64,000 nt of DNA from an uncultured bacterium (lineage in GTDB: Bacteria; Spirochaetota; JAHITG01), in the NCBI GenBank assembly GCA_965373035.1, contig CBDVEP010000001.1:272-64271 (forward strand). Direction: 5' to 3'. The notes beneath the pieces were generated by a model that ran no database searches, had not been told where the DNA came from, and worked only from the letters and a program-made list of their open reading frames with translations. This document shows, piece by piece, positions 18,390 through 27,674 of this stretch. The translations under genes were made by a program, and so were the position numbers. Each line of letters starts with the position of its first letter. The stretch's first letter is position 1.

Positions 18390-18451
18390 GTGAAAAATTA
18401 ATAAATTTATTGACAACTGATTAAAAATGGTAAAATTATAAAAAATGAGAA
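18390..18451 (+). promoter_or_regulatory. Copy 2 of the TTGACA/extended -10 repeat, positioned as the promoter of the MBL-fold gene
   Basis: Identical 44-mer at 18408-18451. The gene's ATG is at 18474. Confidence 0.5.
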
Positions 18452-18473
18452 AAGGAAATTTTTATATATAAAA

Positions 18474-19085
18474 ATGAAAATTAAAATTATATATGATAAC
18501 AATGCCCAAAAAGGATTTAAATCAGGTTGGGGATTTTCTTGTGTAATTGAAAATAAAGAAAAAGTTTTGTTTGATACCGGAGCGGATGCTAAAACCTTAC
18601 TTTATAATATGAACCAATTAAAAATAGACCCTAAAGATATAGATATTGTTATTCTTTCACATTCACATGGAGATCATACCGGAGGATTAAGAGGATTTTT
18701 AGAATTAAATGGTAATAAAGCAAAAGTATATCAACCAAAAGCTTTTTTAAAGCCAACTCAAATTTGTGGAGATGTTTATTCAACAGGGGCTTTAGGCGAT
18801 TTTTTAGGTATAGCAGAACAATCTCTGGTAGTAAAAACAAAAAAAGGCAATATTGTTATTACAGGATGCGCTCATCCTGGTGTAGAAAATATTATTGAAA
18901 AAGCAAGAACATTAGGAAAAATTTATGGTATAATTGGTGGTTTTCATGGATTTTCAAAATTGGAGAAGCTTGAGGGGATTGAATTAATTGCTCCTTGTCA
19001 CTGTACGCAGCATATCCAAAAAATAAAAGAAAAATATCCTGTAAACTATACAGAAATTAAAGCAGGCTCTGTAATTAAAATTTAA
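18474..19085 (+). CDS. MBL-fold metallo-hydrolase (small archaeal-type family)
   Basis: ILSHSHGDHTGG motif. N-terminal IIYDNNAQKGFKSGWGFSCVIE pattern. Confidence 0.6.
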   Translation: MKIKIIYDNNAQKGFKSGWGFSCVIENKEKVLFDTGADAKTLLYNMNQLKIDPKDIDIVILSHSHGDHTGGLRGFLELNGNKAKVYQPKAFLKPTQICGDVYSTGALGDFLGIAEQSLVVKTKKGNIVITGCAHPGVENIIEKARTLGKIYGIIGGFHGFSKLEKLEGIELIAPCHCTQHIQKIKEKYPVNYTEIKAGSVIKI

Positions 19086-19194
19086 AATTATAGAGGTAGA
19101 TTTTCACTTGAATTCTCGAATCCCAGAATCCTTGAATCCTTTGCCTTGCGTAGCCAGGCTTATCTTGTGTTATTAGATAAATATAGAGATAAAT

Positions 19195-20133
19195 ATGGAA
19201 ATTGAAATCCTGGGAGCAGAATCTTTAGGGGTTAGAGGCTTATGCTGTTTTATAAAAACTAAAAACAAAAAGATATTAATTGACCCGGGAATAGCATTAG
19301 GTTATCAAAGACATGGATTACTTCCTCATCCTTTTCAGATAGCAGTAGATGAAAGAATACAAAAAAAAATTTTAGATAGATGGAAAGAAGCTACGGACAT
19401 AATTATAAGCCATTTTTATGGAGACCACATCCCTTTAAAAAATGCAAATCCTTTTCAGCTCAGTTTAAAAAAAGTTGAAGTAAAACGAGATGCAAATTTT
19501 TGGTGCAAAGGATCTGATTCTCTTTCTCCAACCATGCTTGAGCGTTATAAAGATTTATCAAAAATTTTTAAGTTAAAAAATGCGCAAGGTAAAAATTATA
19601 AACTTTTAAGTTTTTCCAGACCGGTTCCTCATGGAGAAGCAAATAATAATTCTGATACAGTTATGATGACCAGAATCAAGGATGAAAATTTTACATTTGT
19701 GCATGCCTCGGATATTCAACTTCTTAACAATAAAGCAATTGATAAAATATTATCATGGTCTCCGGATATAGTACTGGCAGGCGGTCCTCCCCTTTATTTA
19801 TCTGAATTTTCTGAAAATCAAATTAAGAAAGCATGGCATAATGCCAAACGGCTTTCCTGTAAAGTTGATATTTTAATTCTTGACCATCACCTAATGAGAA
19901 ATCTTAAAGGACTCAAGTGGTTAAAACGCCTATCCCTTGAAACAGGCAAAAAGGTTATTTGTGCGGCTGATTTTATGAAAAAACCCAGAATGCTCCTTGA
20001 AGCCAAACGCGAGCAGTTGTATAAAGATATGCAGGTTCCTGAAGGATGGCATAAAGATTATGCAAAAAGTAAAGTCAATACTAAATCTTATTGGAATAAG
20101 GCTTTAAAACTTTACAAAATGTTAAAATTATAG
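19195..20133 (+). CDS. Hypothetical metal-dependent hydrolase (MBL-like HFYGDH motif; UPF0282-like)
   Basis: ILGAESLGVRGLCCFIK..DPG.. and SHFYGDHIP motif. Low-confidence family call. Confidence 0.35.
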   Translation: MEIEILGAESLGVRGLCCFIKTKNKKILIDPGIALGYQRHGLLPHPFQIAVDERIQKKILDRWKEATDIIISHFYGDHIPLKNANPFQLSLKKVEVKRDANFWCKGSDSLSPTMLERYKDLSKIFKLKNAQGKNYKLLSFSRPVPHGEANNNSDTVMMTRIKDENFTFVHASDIQLLNNKAIDKILSWSPDIVLAGGPPLYLSEFSENQIKKAWHNAKRLSCKVDILILDHHLMRNLKGLKWLKRLSLETGKKVICAADFMKKPRMLLEAKREQLYKDMQVPEGWHKDYAKSKVNTKSYWNKALKLYKMLKL

Positions 20134-20232
20134 AACTAACAGTTAAGGAAAAGGCTGGGGCATGAGGATTAATAAAAAATATATTGAATTTATTTTAAAT
20201 GTTAATTTTTTATAAAAATTTTTAATAAAAAG

Positions 20233-20275
20233 ATAAGGGTCAACTGTTTTGAACAGTTGCCCCTTATCTTTCTTT
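20233..20275. terminator. Bidirectional intrinsic terminator between the convergent MBL-like gene and glnK
   Basis: 14-bp stem ATAAGGGTCAACTG / CAGTTGCCCCTTAT (one mismatch), loop TTTTGAA, T-runs on both sides. Confidence 0.55.
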
Positions 20276-20617
20276 TTAACCTATGGCTGCTTTACCTGTC
20301 TCTCCTGTACGAATTCTAATTACTTTTGGTAAATCCAATATGAAAATTTTTCCATCTCCGATTTTGCCTGTTTTGGCTCCTTCTATAATCGCATCAATTG
20401 TTTGCTGGACAAACTCATCATTTATTGCTATTTCCAATCTGGTCTTTTTTAACAGGTTAATATCTGTAATAACACCTCTATAGGTCTCAGTGAATCCTTT
20501 TTGCTGTCCACAGCCTAATGCTGTGGATACAGTCATTTTATGGATATCAGCTTCAAATAAAGCTGCTTTAACATCTTCCAGTTTATGAGGCTGTATCAAT
20601 GCAATAATTAACTTCAT
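20276..20617 (-). CDS. glnK: PII nitrogen regulatory protein GlnK (amtB-linked)
   Basis: PII fold signature (T-loop region ..GQQKG..RG.., GDGKIF). Immediately downstream of amtB. Confidence 0.85.
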   Translation of the reverse strand: MKLIIALIQPHKLEDVKAALFEADIHKMTVSTALGCGQQKGFTETYRGVITDINLLKKTRLEIAINDEFVQQTIDAIIEGAKTGKIGDGKIFILDLPKVIRIRTGETGKAAIG

Positions 20618-20634
20618 ATCCTTTGTACCTCCTT

Positions 20635-22005
20635 TTAATTAATTATTTGAAATCCACCGTAGGATTCCATGCCATGTTCTCCAATATCCAGTCCTTTCAA
20701 TTCTTCTTCCTTGGTTACACGAAGTCCTATGGTATATTTTATACTGAGAAACAATACTGTTGCTGCTGCAATTGTCCATCCAGCCACAGCAAGAACACCA
20801 ATTGCCTGAATACCAAGCTGATGAGTCCCTCCTCCGAAAAATAAGCCATTAACAGCACCAAATCCAGATGCCTGTGCATAAGAGGCCTCTGCAAATAAAC
20901 CCACAGCTAAAGTACCCCATACTCCATTTATTCCATGTACTGAAACAGCACCAACAGGATCGTCAATTTTTAATACCTTGTCGAAAAACTCAACTGACAA
21001 TACAACCAGTACTCCTGCAATAGCTCCGATAATAACAGAGCTGACTGGTGATACAACTGAACAGGGAGCTGTAATTGCAACAAGTCCTGCTAATGCACCA
21101 TTCAATGACATTGACACATCAGGCTTTCCATTAAGTACCCAGACAGTACACATAGCTAAAATAGCGCCAGCTGCTGCTGCAAGATTGGTAGTCATGGCAA
21201 CATGTCCGATAATATCACTATAGCCTAAAGTACTACCAGCGTTAAATCCAAACCATCCAAACCACAATAAAAATACTCCTAATGCAGCAAGAGGAATACT
21301 GTGTCCTAGTATTGCTTTTGCCTTTTTATTTTTATCATATTTACCTAATCTTGGGCCTAAAACTAATGCTCCTACTAAACCAACCCATCCGCCAACTGAG
21401 TGAACAACTGTTGAACCTGCAAAATCAATCATGCCTAACTTGGAAAGCCAGCCGCCACCCCATATCCAATGTCCGGATACAGGATAAATCACCAGGCTTA
21501 TTACAAAACTAAAGATCAGATAACCAACAAACTTGGTTCTTCCTGCCATAGCTCCTGATACAATTGTAGCAGCAGTTGCAGCAAATACAACCTGAAAAAA
21601 CCATGAGGCATATTCCCATAATCCTTCATTTGTAGCAGGATTGGCTGAGCTTAAAAAAAAGTTGCTTGCACCAAATAAGCCACCCAGTTTGCTTGTTCCA
21701 TACATAATTCCATAACCAACAGCAAAATAAGCTATAGAACCTATGGAAAAATCCATTACGTTTTTCATAAGAATATTACCGGCATTTTTTGCCCTGGTAA
21801 ATCCAGTTTCTACCATTGCAAAACCAGCCTGCATCATAAATACTAAAAACCCGGCAACTAAAAGCCATACAAAGTCAATAGGCAAATGTGCTGGTGCAGA
21901 TGATGCTTCTTCTTCAGCAAAAAGCATTCCTGCAGAAAAAAGTAAAGTGAAAAGAATCATCAATGAAATGATTTTAGTTGAATTTTTAAAAAACTTTTTT
22001 ACCAT
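20635..22005 (-). CDS. amtB: Ammonium transporter AmtB
   Basis: Signal peptide followed by a typical Amt/MEP 11-TM core (..[14 protein letters not shown].., ..GFNAGS..). Confidence 0.85.
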   Translation of the reverse strand: MVKKFFKNSTKIISLMILFTLLFSAGMLFAEEEASSAPAHLPIDFVWLLVAGFLVFMMQAGFAMVETGFTRAKNAGNILMKNVMDFSIGSIAYFAVGYGIMYGTSKLGGLFGASNFFLSSANPATNEGLWEYASWFFQVVFAATAATIVSGAMAGRTKFVGYLIFSFVISLVIYPVSGHWIWGGGWLSKLGMIDFAGSTVVHSVGGWVGLVGALVLGPRLGKYDKNKKAKAILGHSIPLAALGVFLLWFGWFGFNAGSTLGYSDIIGHVAMTTNLAAAAGAILAMCTVWVLNGKPDVSMSLNGALAGLVAITAPCSVVSPVSSVIIGAIAGVLVVLSVEFFDKVLKIDDPVGAVSVHGINGVWGTLAVGLFAEASYAQASGFGAVNGLFFGGGTHQLGIQAIGVLAVAGWTIAAATVLFLSIKYTIGLRVTKEEELKGLDIGEHGMESYGGFQIIN

Positions 22006-22079
22006 TTTGTTTTTACCTCCTTATTTTTATCTATAAAAGGGAATTTCAGGACAATCTAAAATCCCCTTTTATTTTTAAA

Positions 22080-22757
22080 TTAAAAATTATAAGCAACACC
22101 TAAAGAAACAAAACCATCTACAGAATCTCCATTATCTGTGTTGTTATATTGATCATCTAAAGCCACCTGTCCAAAAACCAGTGGTGTAATCTCAACTGGA
22201 CCGGCAGGAATAGCTGCACTTAGTCCTAAACCTAAAACAGATAAAGATGAATCATCTGTCCATTGTCCAGCATTATATCCAAGAGATAAATCCAGAGAGA
22301 GTATCATAATAGGATAAGAAGCACCCAGTTCTACATACAAACCATCACCATCATCAACATCATAATAAAGAGTTAACCCAGGGGAAAGAAATACATCCAG
22401 GCTAATACCTGCAAAGAATTCATGTGAATCACAACATTCCGGCTGTGGGAAAGTGTAAAAAGTATAACCAGCACTTAAGCCAACTATTTCTGAAACAGTA
22501 GTTTCATAACTTAAAGTGAAATCCGCCTCTGCAAAATCACCAGGGTCAACATGATAGCTGCCCCAGAATCCTAATGAAAAAGAGCCGTAATTCAAATCAG
22601 CACCTGGCTGAAGAGCAAACTTATCAAAAAGATTCCAGCCTCTCCATAAGTATTTGCTGACACCAGCTACATACACATCTCCGCTTATTTCAGCGGAAAA
22701 AACATTGCTACTTAACATTAAAAGCAGCAAAATAAAAATAATGAATGTTTTCTTCAT
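22080..22757 (-). CDS. Outer-membrane beta-barrel (porin-like) protein, first gene of the amtB-glnK operon
   Basis: Signal peptide, alternating amphipathic strands, C-terminal ..VAYNF aromatic terminus. Confidence 0.45.
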   Translation of the reverse strand: MKKTFIIFILLLLMLSSNVFSAEISGDVYVAGVSKYLWRGWNLFDKFALQPGADLNYGSFSLGFWGSYHVDPGDFAEADFTLSYETTVSEIVGLSAGYTFYTFPQPECCDSHEFFAGISLDVFLSPGLTLYYDVDDGDGLYVELGASYPIMILSLDLSLGYNAGQWTDDSSLSVLGLGLSAAIPAGPVEITPLVFGQVALDDQYNNTDNGDSVDGFVSLGVAYNF

Positions 22758-22937
22758 TTTAATAAACCTCCTTATAAATTTTAAGTATGATAAAACTCAT
22801 ACTATGATTTTAAATCTTAATAACCCATGGCAGCTTGTTTAAACAGCCACATGGTCTATTATTAACTTTGTTTGACTGGCAACACCTCCTTATCCAATAT
22901 TTTTTTTAATAATCCACATATCTGAACATGTGAAATG

Positions 22938-22952
22938 TTTCTGATGTTAATT
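22938..22952 (-). promoter_or_regulatory. Sigma-54 (-24/-12) promoter of the porin-amtB-glnK operon
   Basis: Minus-strand reading TGGCAC-GTTGT-TTGCT, a perfect match to TGGCAC-N5-TTGCW. Confidence 0.7.
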
Positions 22953-23038
22953 ATAAAGCAAACAACGTGCCAAGTCATACTTTATAACTATTGATATTCA
23001 ATAAATTATAAAAATAATTTTTTAATTAAATCATCAAT

Positions 23039-23057
23039 TTGCACTAAATTTATGCAA
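23039..23057. promoter_or_regulatory. Candidate enhancer/UAS palindrome TTGCA-N9-TGCAA about 90 bp upstream of the amtB sigma-54 promoter
   Basis: TTGCACTAAATTTATGCAA. The same arms and spacing recur upstream of nifH. Confidence 0.4.
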
Positions 23058-23489
23058 GTTTATAATATTTTTAAAATCCGCATAATTAATATGCAATTTT
23101 TATATACACTATCCTCCACATTTTACAATAAAATTTATAAAATTAAACAAATTTAGTAACTTTCAGCAGAATATATTTTGGAATTAATCCTTCAGGATTT
23201 CATTACTTTAAAAATGAAACATGAGCAAGCCATTTCATCCCAAGAAGAGGTAGTATATACTCAAAAAATTTTACAAAGATAAAAAGCTTCCTTGATATAA
23301 GGAAATTATAATATATATTTGTCTTTAGGTGAAAGAAACTATGAAAGCAATATTTGAACAGTTAATTGTAGATTTTCATGGGTCTAAAATTCCACAGCCT
23401 AGTAAAAGAGAATTAACTCTTCTGTCTCTACCTATTTTAAACAAATGATATCAGGACATTTTTTATATTTATCTTATTCTTTTTATTTC

Positions 23490-23925
23490 TCATTTCCATG
23501 GTCCATGAGCTTTCCATGTTTCGTTAAACTTATAATCCTTCTTGATTGCATCAAGTGGCTTAATAAGAAACCTTTCTATCTCCTTTGCTGTAGTAGACAA
23601 CTTTTCAGGTGCATGTTTAATATCTCCCTTTTTCAAAAATGCATTCCAAAGTATTTGGCGATCCGATTTTTCATCATAGATTTCTTCAGCAAATAATGGG
23701 CTATCCTGCGGAAAAGGAGTCTTACGATGCTTAAAAGTTCTTCTTAACGCTTCGGCAAGTTGAAATCCATTAAAATTGAACTGGCGCATCATTAGCCATA
23801 TATCATAGAAATCTTTCCATACCATAATACTGCAGAATTTCTGAAAATGAACGATTAGTTTCTTTAGCTTTATTTTGGAGCCGGGCTCGTACAGAAGCTT
23901 GTAAATTCTTGATATCTTTTTTCAT
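23490..23925 (-). pseudogene. Degraded AbiEii toxin gene (N-terminal 40 codons, stop, then C-terminal 111-codon ORF in another frame)
   Basis: MKKDIKNLQASVRARLQNKAKETNRSFSEILQYYGMERFL* starts at 23925, overlapping the AbiEi stop. An AbiEii C-terminal-like ORF 23490..23825 follows. Confidence 0.5.
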
Positions 23926-24524
23926 AGCATAGTCTCAAGTATTGGTTTTATGATATTATCAACACGGCAAATCTTGGCATATTGCATTATTTCTTTTGGT
24001 TTTACATTCTTTTCCGTAACAGCTACTTTAAGAGCTTCCCGTATAATGTTCATCCCGAGTTTATTACGGAATTTAAAACAATCCGCAATCGTCTTGGCAA
24101 GATTATAAACCTTGATTTTATAACCTTCTATTTTGTGTTCTTCAATTCCAGCCTCCCATGGTTTAGGACCAAAACGGTAAAATCTAACTGGAGGATATTT
24201 GATTCTATAAGCATGAGTACCCCGTGGAATAGCTATGTCCACATACTTAGGGATTTCAGTTGTTGCCTCATGAAAAGAAAGAGCAGAGAGAAGACAGATA
24301 ACTCCCCGGGGAGCCTGAAAAGATACAGCAACAAGGTCAGGATGGATCCCGGCAGTATAATTAGTCAGCTTGTAAAGTCCCCTGGCAATCTTTTCAACTT
24401 TCTTCTCTTTCTCAAGAGTGTTAAGTGAATCGGGATGAAATCCAGCTTTTAGAATAGCTGAAAACCTGACCACTCCGCCATTACTCTGGAAAAAATTTAT
24501 AAGTCCTTGTGTTTTTCTTTGCAT
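23922..24524 (-). CDS. AbiEi-family antitoxin domain protein (probable start at internal Met; long ORF extends to 24656)
   Basis: RGLYKL.. wHTH-like N-terminus from MQRKTQGLINFFQSNGGVVRFSAIL. Directly upstream of the AbiEii remnant. Confidence 0.5.
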   Translation of the reverse strand: MQRKTQGLINFFQSNGGVVRFSAILKAGFHPDSLNTLEKEKKVEKIARGLYKLTNYTAGIHPDLVAVSFQAPRGVICLLSALSFHEATTEIPKYVDIAIPRGTHAYRIKYPPVRFYRFGPKPWEAGIEEHKIEGYKIKVYNLAKTIADCFKFRNKLGMNIIREALKVAVTEKNVKPKEIMQYAKICRVDNIIKPILETML

Positions 24525-24771
24525 ACTGCCTCCGTATAATATTGTAACATTTATGAATAAGTATATATAATTTATACGAAAATGTAAAATATTTTTTTTA
24601 AACGTCAAATTCAGGGTTTCTTGAATCTCGTAATGCGAAAAAATTTTATCCGTCAATAAGCTTTTACCCTATCGGGTATCTGTGATCTATCATAAGTGTG
24701 AAATAAACTATTTACAGAAACAGGTGTAGAAGTAAGCTTTCCACCTTATAATAAAACAATGTAAATTTAAA

Positions 24772-24805
24772 TTGACTTTTTAAAATTACATGGTATAATT
24801 ATTAT
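24772..24805 (+). promoter_or_regulatory. Strong sigma-70 promoter with extended -10 placed for a leaderless transcript of the DUF4143 ATPase gene
   Basis: TTGACT (24772-24777), 16-nt spacer, TGgTATAAT (-10 at 24794-24799). ATG at 24806 is 7 nt after the -10. No SD. Confidence 0.55.
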
Positions 24806-26047
24806 ATGAATTATATTATAAGACAATTAGAAACTAAACTAATGCAGTATATTAAACAGTTTCCAATAGTTGTACTTACTGGTGCGAGACAATCAGGTAA
24901 ATCAACTTTATTAAAGCATTTATTCAGTAGTGATGACTGGGAATATATTAACTTAGATCAACGCGGGATATTAGAACAAATTAATTCTGATCCAGATTTA
25001 TTTATAAAGGATATTCGATCAAATATTATTATTGATGAAGCACAAAAATCTCCAAATTTATTTCATTCAATTAAATGGAAAATTGATGAAGGAATGAAGT
25101 ATAAAATAATCTTATCCGGATCAGCTAATTTTCACTTACTTCAAAAAGTAACTGAAACTTTAGCTGGTCGTGCCGGAATTTTGGAATTATATCCTTTATC
25201 TTTAAGTGAAAAACATAAACAGCATAATCTATTAGATTTACTTATAAATACTAATAATATTAATGAATTAAAAAACAAATTAAAGAAGATTAATCTTGTA
25301 AAAGATGATGATATATTTCTATATATACTTTGGGGTGGTTATCCAAAATTACTTGAGTATAAAAATTCAGAATTTAAGCTGAACTGGTTTGAAAATTATC
25401 GTACAACTTATATAGAAAGGGATTTAAGAGATTTAGCTCAAATAGCTGATCTAAGTGATTTTCAGCGTTTTTATCAATTGTTAGCCTTTCAAACCGGGAA
25501 TATATTAAATCTTTCCAATATAGCTAATGAAATAGGTATTACGGTACCTACATGTAAAAAATACATGCAAATTTTAGAATTATCATATCAATACTTTTTA
25601 CTAAAGCCTTATTATTCAAATATTAGAAAAAGATTAATTAAGTCTCCAAAAATTTACTGTATGGATACAGGTTTATGTAATTTTTTTCTAGAAAATAGTT
25701 CGCGTAAATTATTAATGAATTCCAGTAAATTAGGTAATTTGTTTGAAAATAGTGTAATTGTGGATATTATGAAACAAAATAGTTTTTTAAATAAAAAATG
25801 TAATATGTATTATTGGAGAACTTCAAATGGAACTGAGATTGATCTTGTAATTGAGCATGGTGAAAATCTTATACCAATTGAAATTAAATCCAGTATAAAA
25901 ATTTCATCTGTTTCAATAAGAGGTCTAACTGATTTTTTAGTATTAAAAATAAATAAAAAAATACCTTATGGAATAGTAATATATCGTGGAGACAGAGTTT
26001 CACAAATTTCAGATAAAATATTAGCTGTACCAATTGGTTATTTATAA
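24806..26047 (+). CDS. AAA ATPase (AAA_14 + DUF4143 family), second paralog
   Basis: Walker A TGARQSGKSTL. Same architecture as 10529..11854. Confidence 0.75.
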   Translation: MNYIIRQLETKLMQYIKQFPIVVLTGARQSGKSTLLKHLFSSDDWEYINLDQRGILEQINSDPDLFIKDIRSNIIIDEAQKSPNLFHSIKWKIDEGMKYKIILSGSANFHLLQKVTETLAGRAGILELYPLSLSEKHKQHNLLDLLINTNNINELKNKLKKINLVKDDDIFLYILWGGYPKLLEYKNSEFKLNWFENYRTTYIERDLRDLAQIADLSDFQRFYQLLAFQTGNILNLSNIANEIGITVPTCKKYMQILELSYQYFLLKPYYSNIRKRLIKSPKIYCMDTGLCNFFLENSSRKLLMNSSKLGNLFENSVIVDIMKQNSFLNKKCNMYYWRTSNGTEIDLVIEHGENLIPIEIKSSIKISSVSIRGLTDFLVLKINKKIPYGIVIYRGDRVSQISDKILAVPIGYL

Positions 26048-26169
26048 TAAAAACAGAGAAAAATAATAGCAATTTGCTTATTAAAAAATTATAGCTATTT
26101 AATTTAAAAAATGTATTTTATAATAACACAATTATAATATAGTAATTTTGCATTAATAAGGAGGCGTTT

Positions 26170-26640
26170 ATGAAGACAAGGACTAAACAATTCATTTCCC
26201 TGGGAATAGTTTTTTTAATTCTTTTTTTTATCAGTTGTGCTCCTGGTAATGTGAAATTTGATAAAACTCCTGCGGGATTTTTGGCAGGATTGTGGCATGG
26301 ATTTATCTGTCTTTTTACATTCATTATAAGTCTTTTTTCAGATAAAGTAGTAATTTATGAAACAGCAAATACCGGGGGATGGTATAATTTCGGATTTATT
26401 CTTGGGCTGGCTATATTCTGGGGAGGCAGCAGCAAATCGCATTCTAAGTCAAAATCTAAGAAGAAAAAATTGAAAGAAAAAGAGTGGGAAGGGATTGTTT
26501 CAAAAGTTGAAGAAAAAGTCCGCAAAGGTATAAAAAACTGGTTAGATGAGTCTAATGAGAAAAATAAAGACTGGGAAGAGATTGGTAAAAAAATAGAAGA
26601 AAAGATTAAACGGGAATTATGCAATTGGGCAGAGAAGTAA
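26170..26640 (+). CDS. Hypothetical membrane/lipoprotein with a Lys/Glu-rich C-terminal tail
   Basis: Signal/lipobox-like FFISC, two TM-like segments, then KSHSKSKSKKKKLKEKEWE... SD GGAGG upstream. Confidence 0.35.
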   Translation: MKTRTKQFISLGIVFLILFFISCAPGNVKFDKTPAGFLAGLWHGFICLFTFIISLFSDKVVIYETANTGGWYNFGFILGLAIFWGGSSKSHSKSKSKKKKLKEKEWEGIVSKVEEKVRKGIKNWLDESNEKNKDWEEIGKKIEEKIKRELCNWAEK

Positions 26641-26666
26641 TTAATTCGGCAAAACAATCCTCCTGT

Positions 26667-27080
26667 TCATGAGTTTTTTATAATTTTTACACGGAAAAAT
26701 TTTGTTTTTTTCTTAAAAATATATTTTAAAAATATCATTAATAATATAAATACTATAATACCTGTTAATAGTGCCATTAATTCTGAGTTTTTTATCAAAT
26801 CAAAATATTTAGCAATATAATTTCCTAAAACAAGACCAAATAACAAACCAATAATAGGTATTCCTTAAATTAATAGTATATATAGAATCATCTTATTTTC
26901 CGGAATCTCAATTGCAATTTTCTGATTTAAAGATAAATCTCCAGTATTTTTCGTATAAATAATATAAGTTCCATCAACTTTTTTTGTGCATAATTGACAA
27001 TTACTACATGCTGAAGATGGGCTTACCTTTACTGTTACAATATCATCATTTATATTTACAATTCCCCCTTTTTCCTTCAT
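26667..27080 (-). pseudogene. RseC/MucC-family protein gene interrupted by an in-frame TAA (26865-26867)
   Basis: N-terminal ..VKVSPSSACSNCQLCTK.. (RseC-like Cys motif). After the stop the same frame continues GIPIIGLLFGLVLGNYIAKYF..MALLTGIIVFILLMIF.. (the two TM helices expected for RseC). Confidence 0.45.
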
Positions 27081-27589
27081 GTTCTATTCTCCTTTAAAAA
27101 ATAGAATAGTAGACTGCTAAAACAAGGATTATATAAAAAGAACAATGATTATCCAACCAGTAATTGTATCACCCTACTTTTTATAACAGTGTTAAATTCT
27201 CCTTTAAGCATAGCTTCATTTACATTAGTATTTCCTTCAACTCTATCAAGTAGTCTAACAGCATAATATCTATCAGAGTAACCAATTCCCAAAAAAACAA
27301 TTTACCCTTGAAGCCCTCCTGAAATAAAAAGAGAGATATTAATATCTCTCTTTTTATAATATTAATGTAAGGATTAACATAGGAATGTCAAGTATATTAT
27401 CTCTAAATTTTGACCATTTCACTTAATGTTTAGCAGATTAAAAGAAGTTGACAAATAAATACTAATAGTATTAATGAATTAAAAAACAAGTTAAATGATT
27501 GATTGTAAATATTTCATTCCATCAGAAGAATATACAGCGATGAAACAGCAGATTGTTATGCAAAAAGATATTACAAAAATAGTTACCTG

Positions 27590-27642
27590 ATTTAAAGTAT
27601 AAAAAAAGGAGAGATTAACCACAATGGGTTAACCTCTCCTTT
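27590..27642 (-). terminator. Intrinsic terminator of glnA
   Basis: 16-bp stem AAAGGAGAGATTAACC / GGTTAACCTCTCCTTT followed, on the minus strand, by a U7 tract. Confidence 0.6.
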
Positions 27643-27674
27643 AAAAAGGGGGAATACATGAAATTCATAAACTT

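Noticed and set aside
22006-22079. Hairpin between the porin gene and amtB considered as an attenuator/terminator
   Set aside because: On the transcribed (minus) strand it is not followed by a U-tract. More likely an mRNA processing or secondary-structure element, or coincidental.
22821-22900. Plus-strand TGGCAG/TGGCAA sequences near 22830 and 22880 as additional sigma-54 promoters
   Set aside because: The -12 TTGC element is not at the correct spacing in either case.
23341-23448. 35-codon ORF (MKAIFEQLIVDFHGSKIPQPSKRELTLLSLPILNK) with a weak SD upstream of the AbiE remnant
   Set aside because: Too short and without recognisable features. Cannot be supported from sequence alone.
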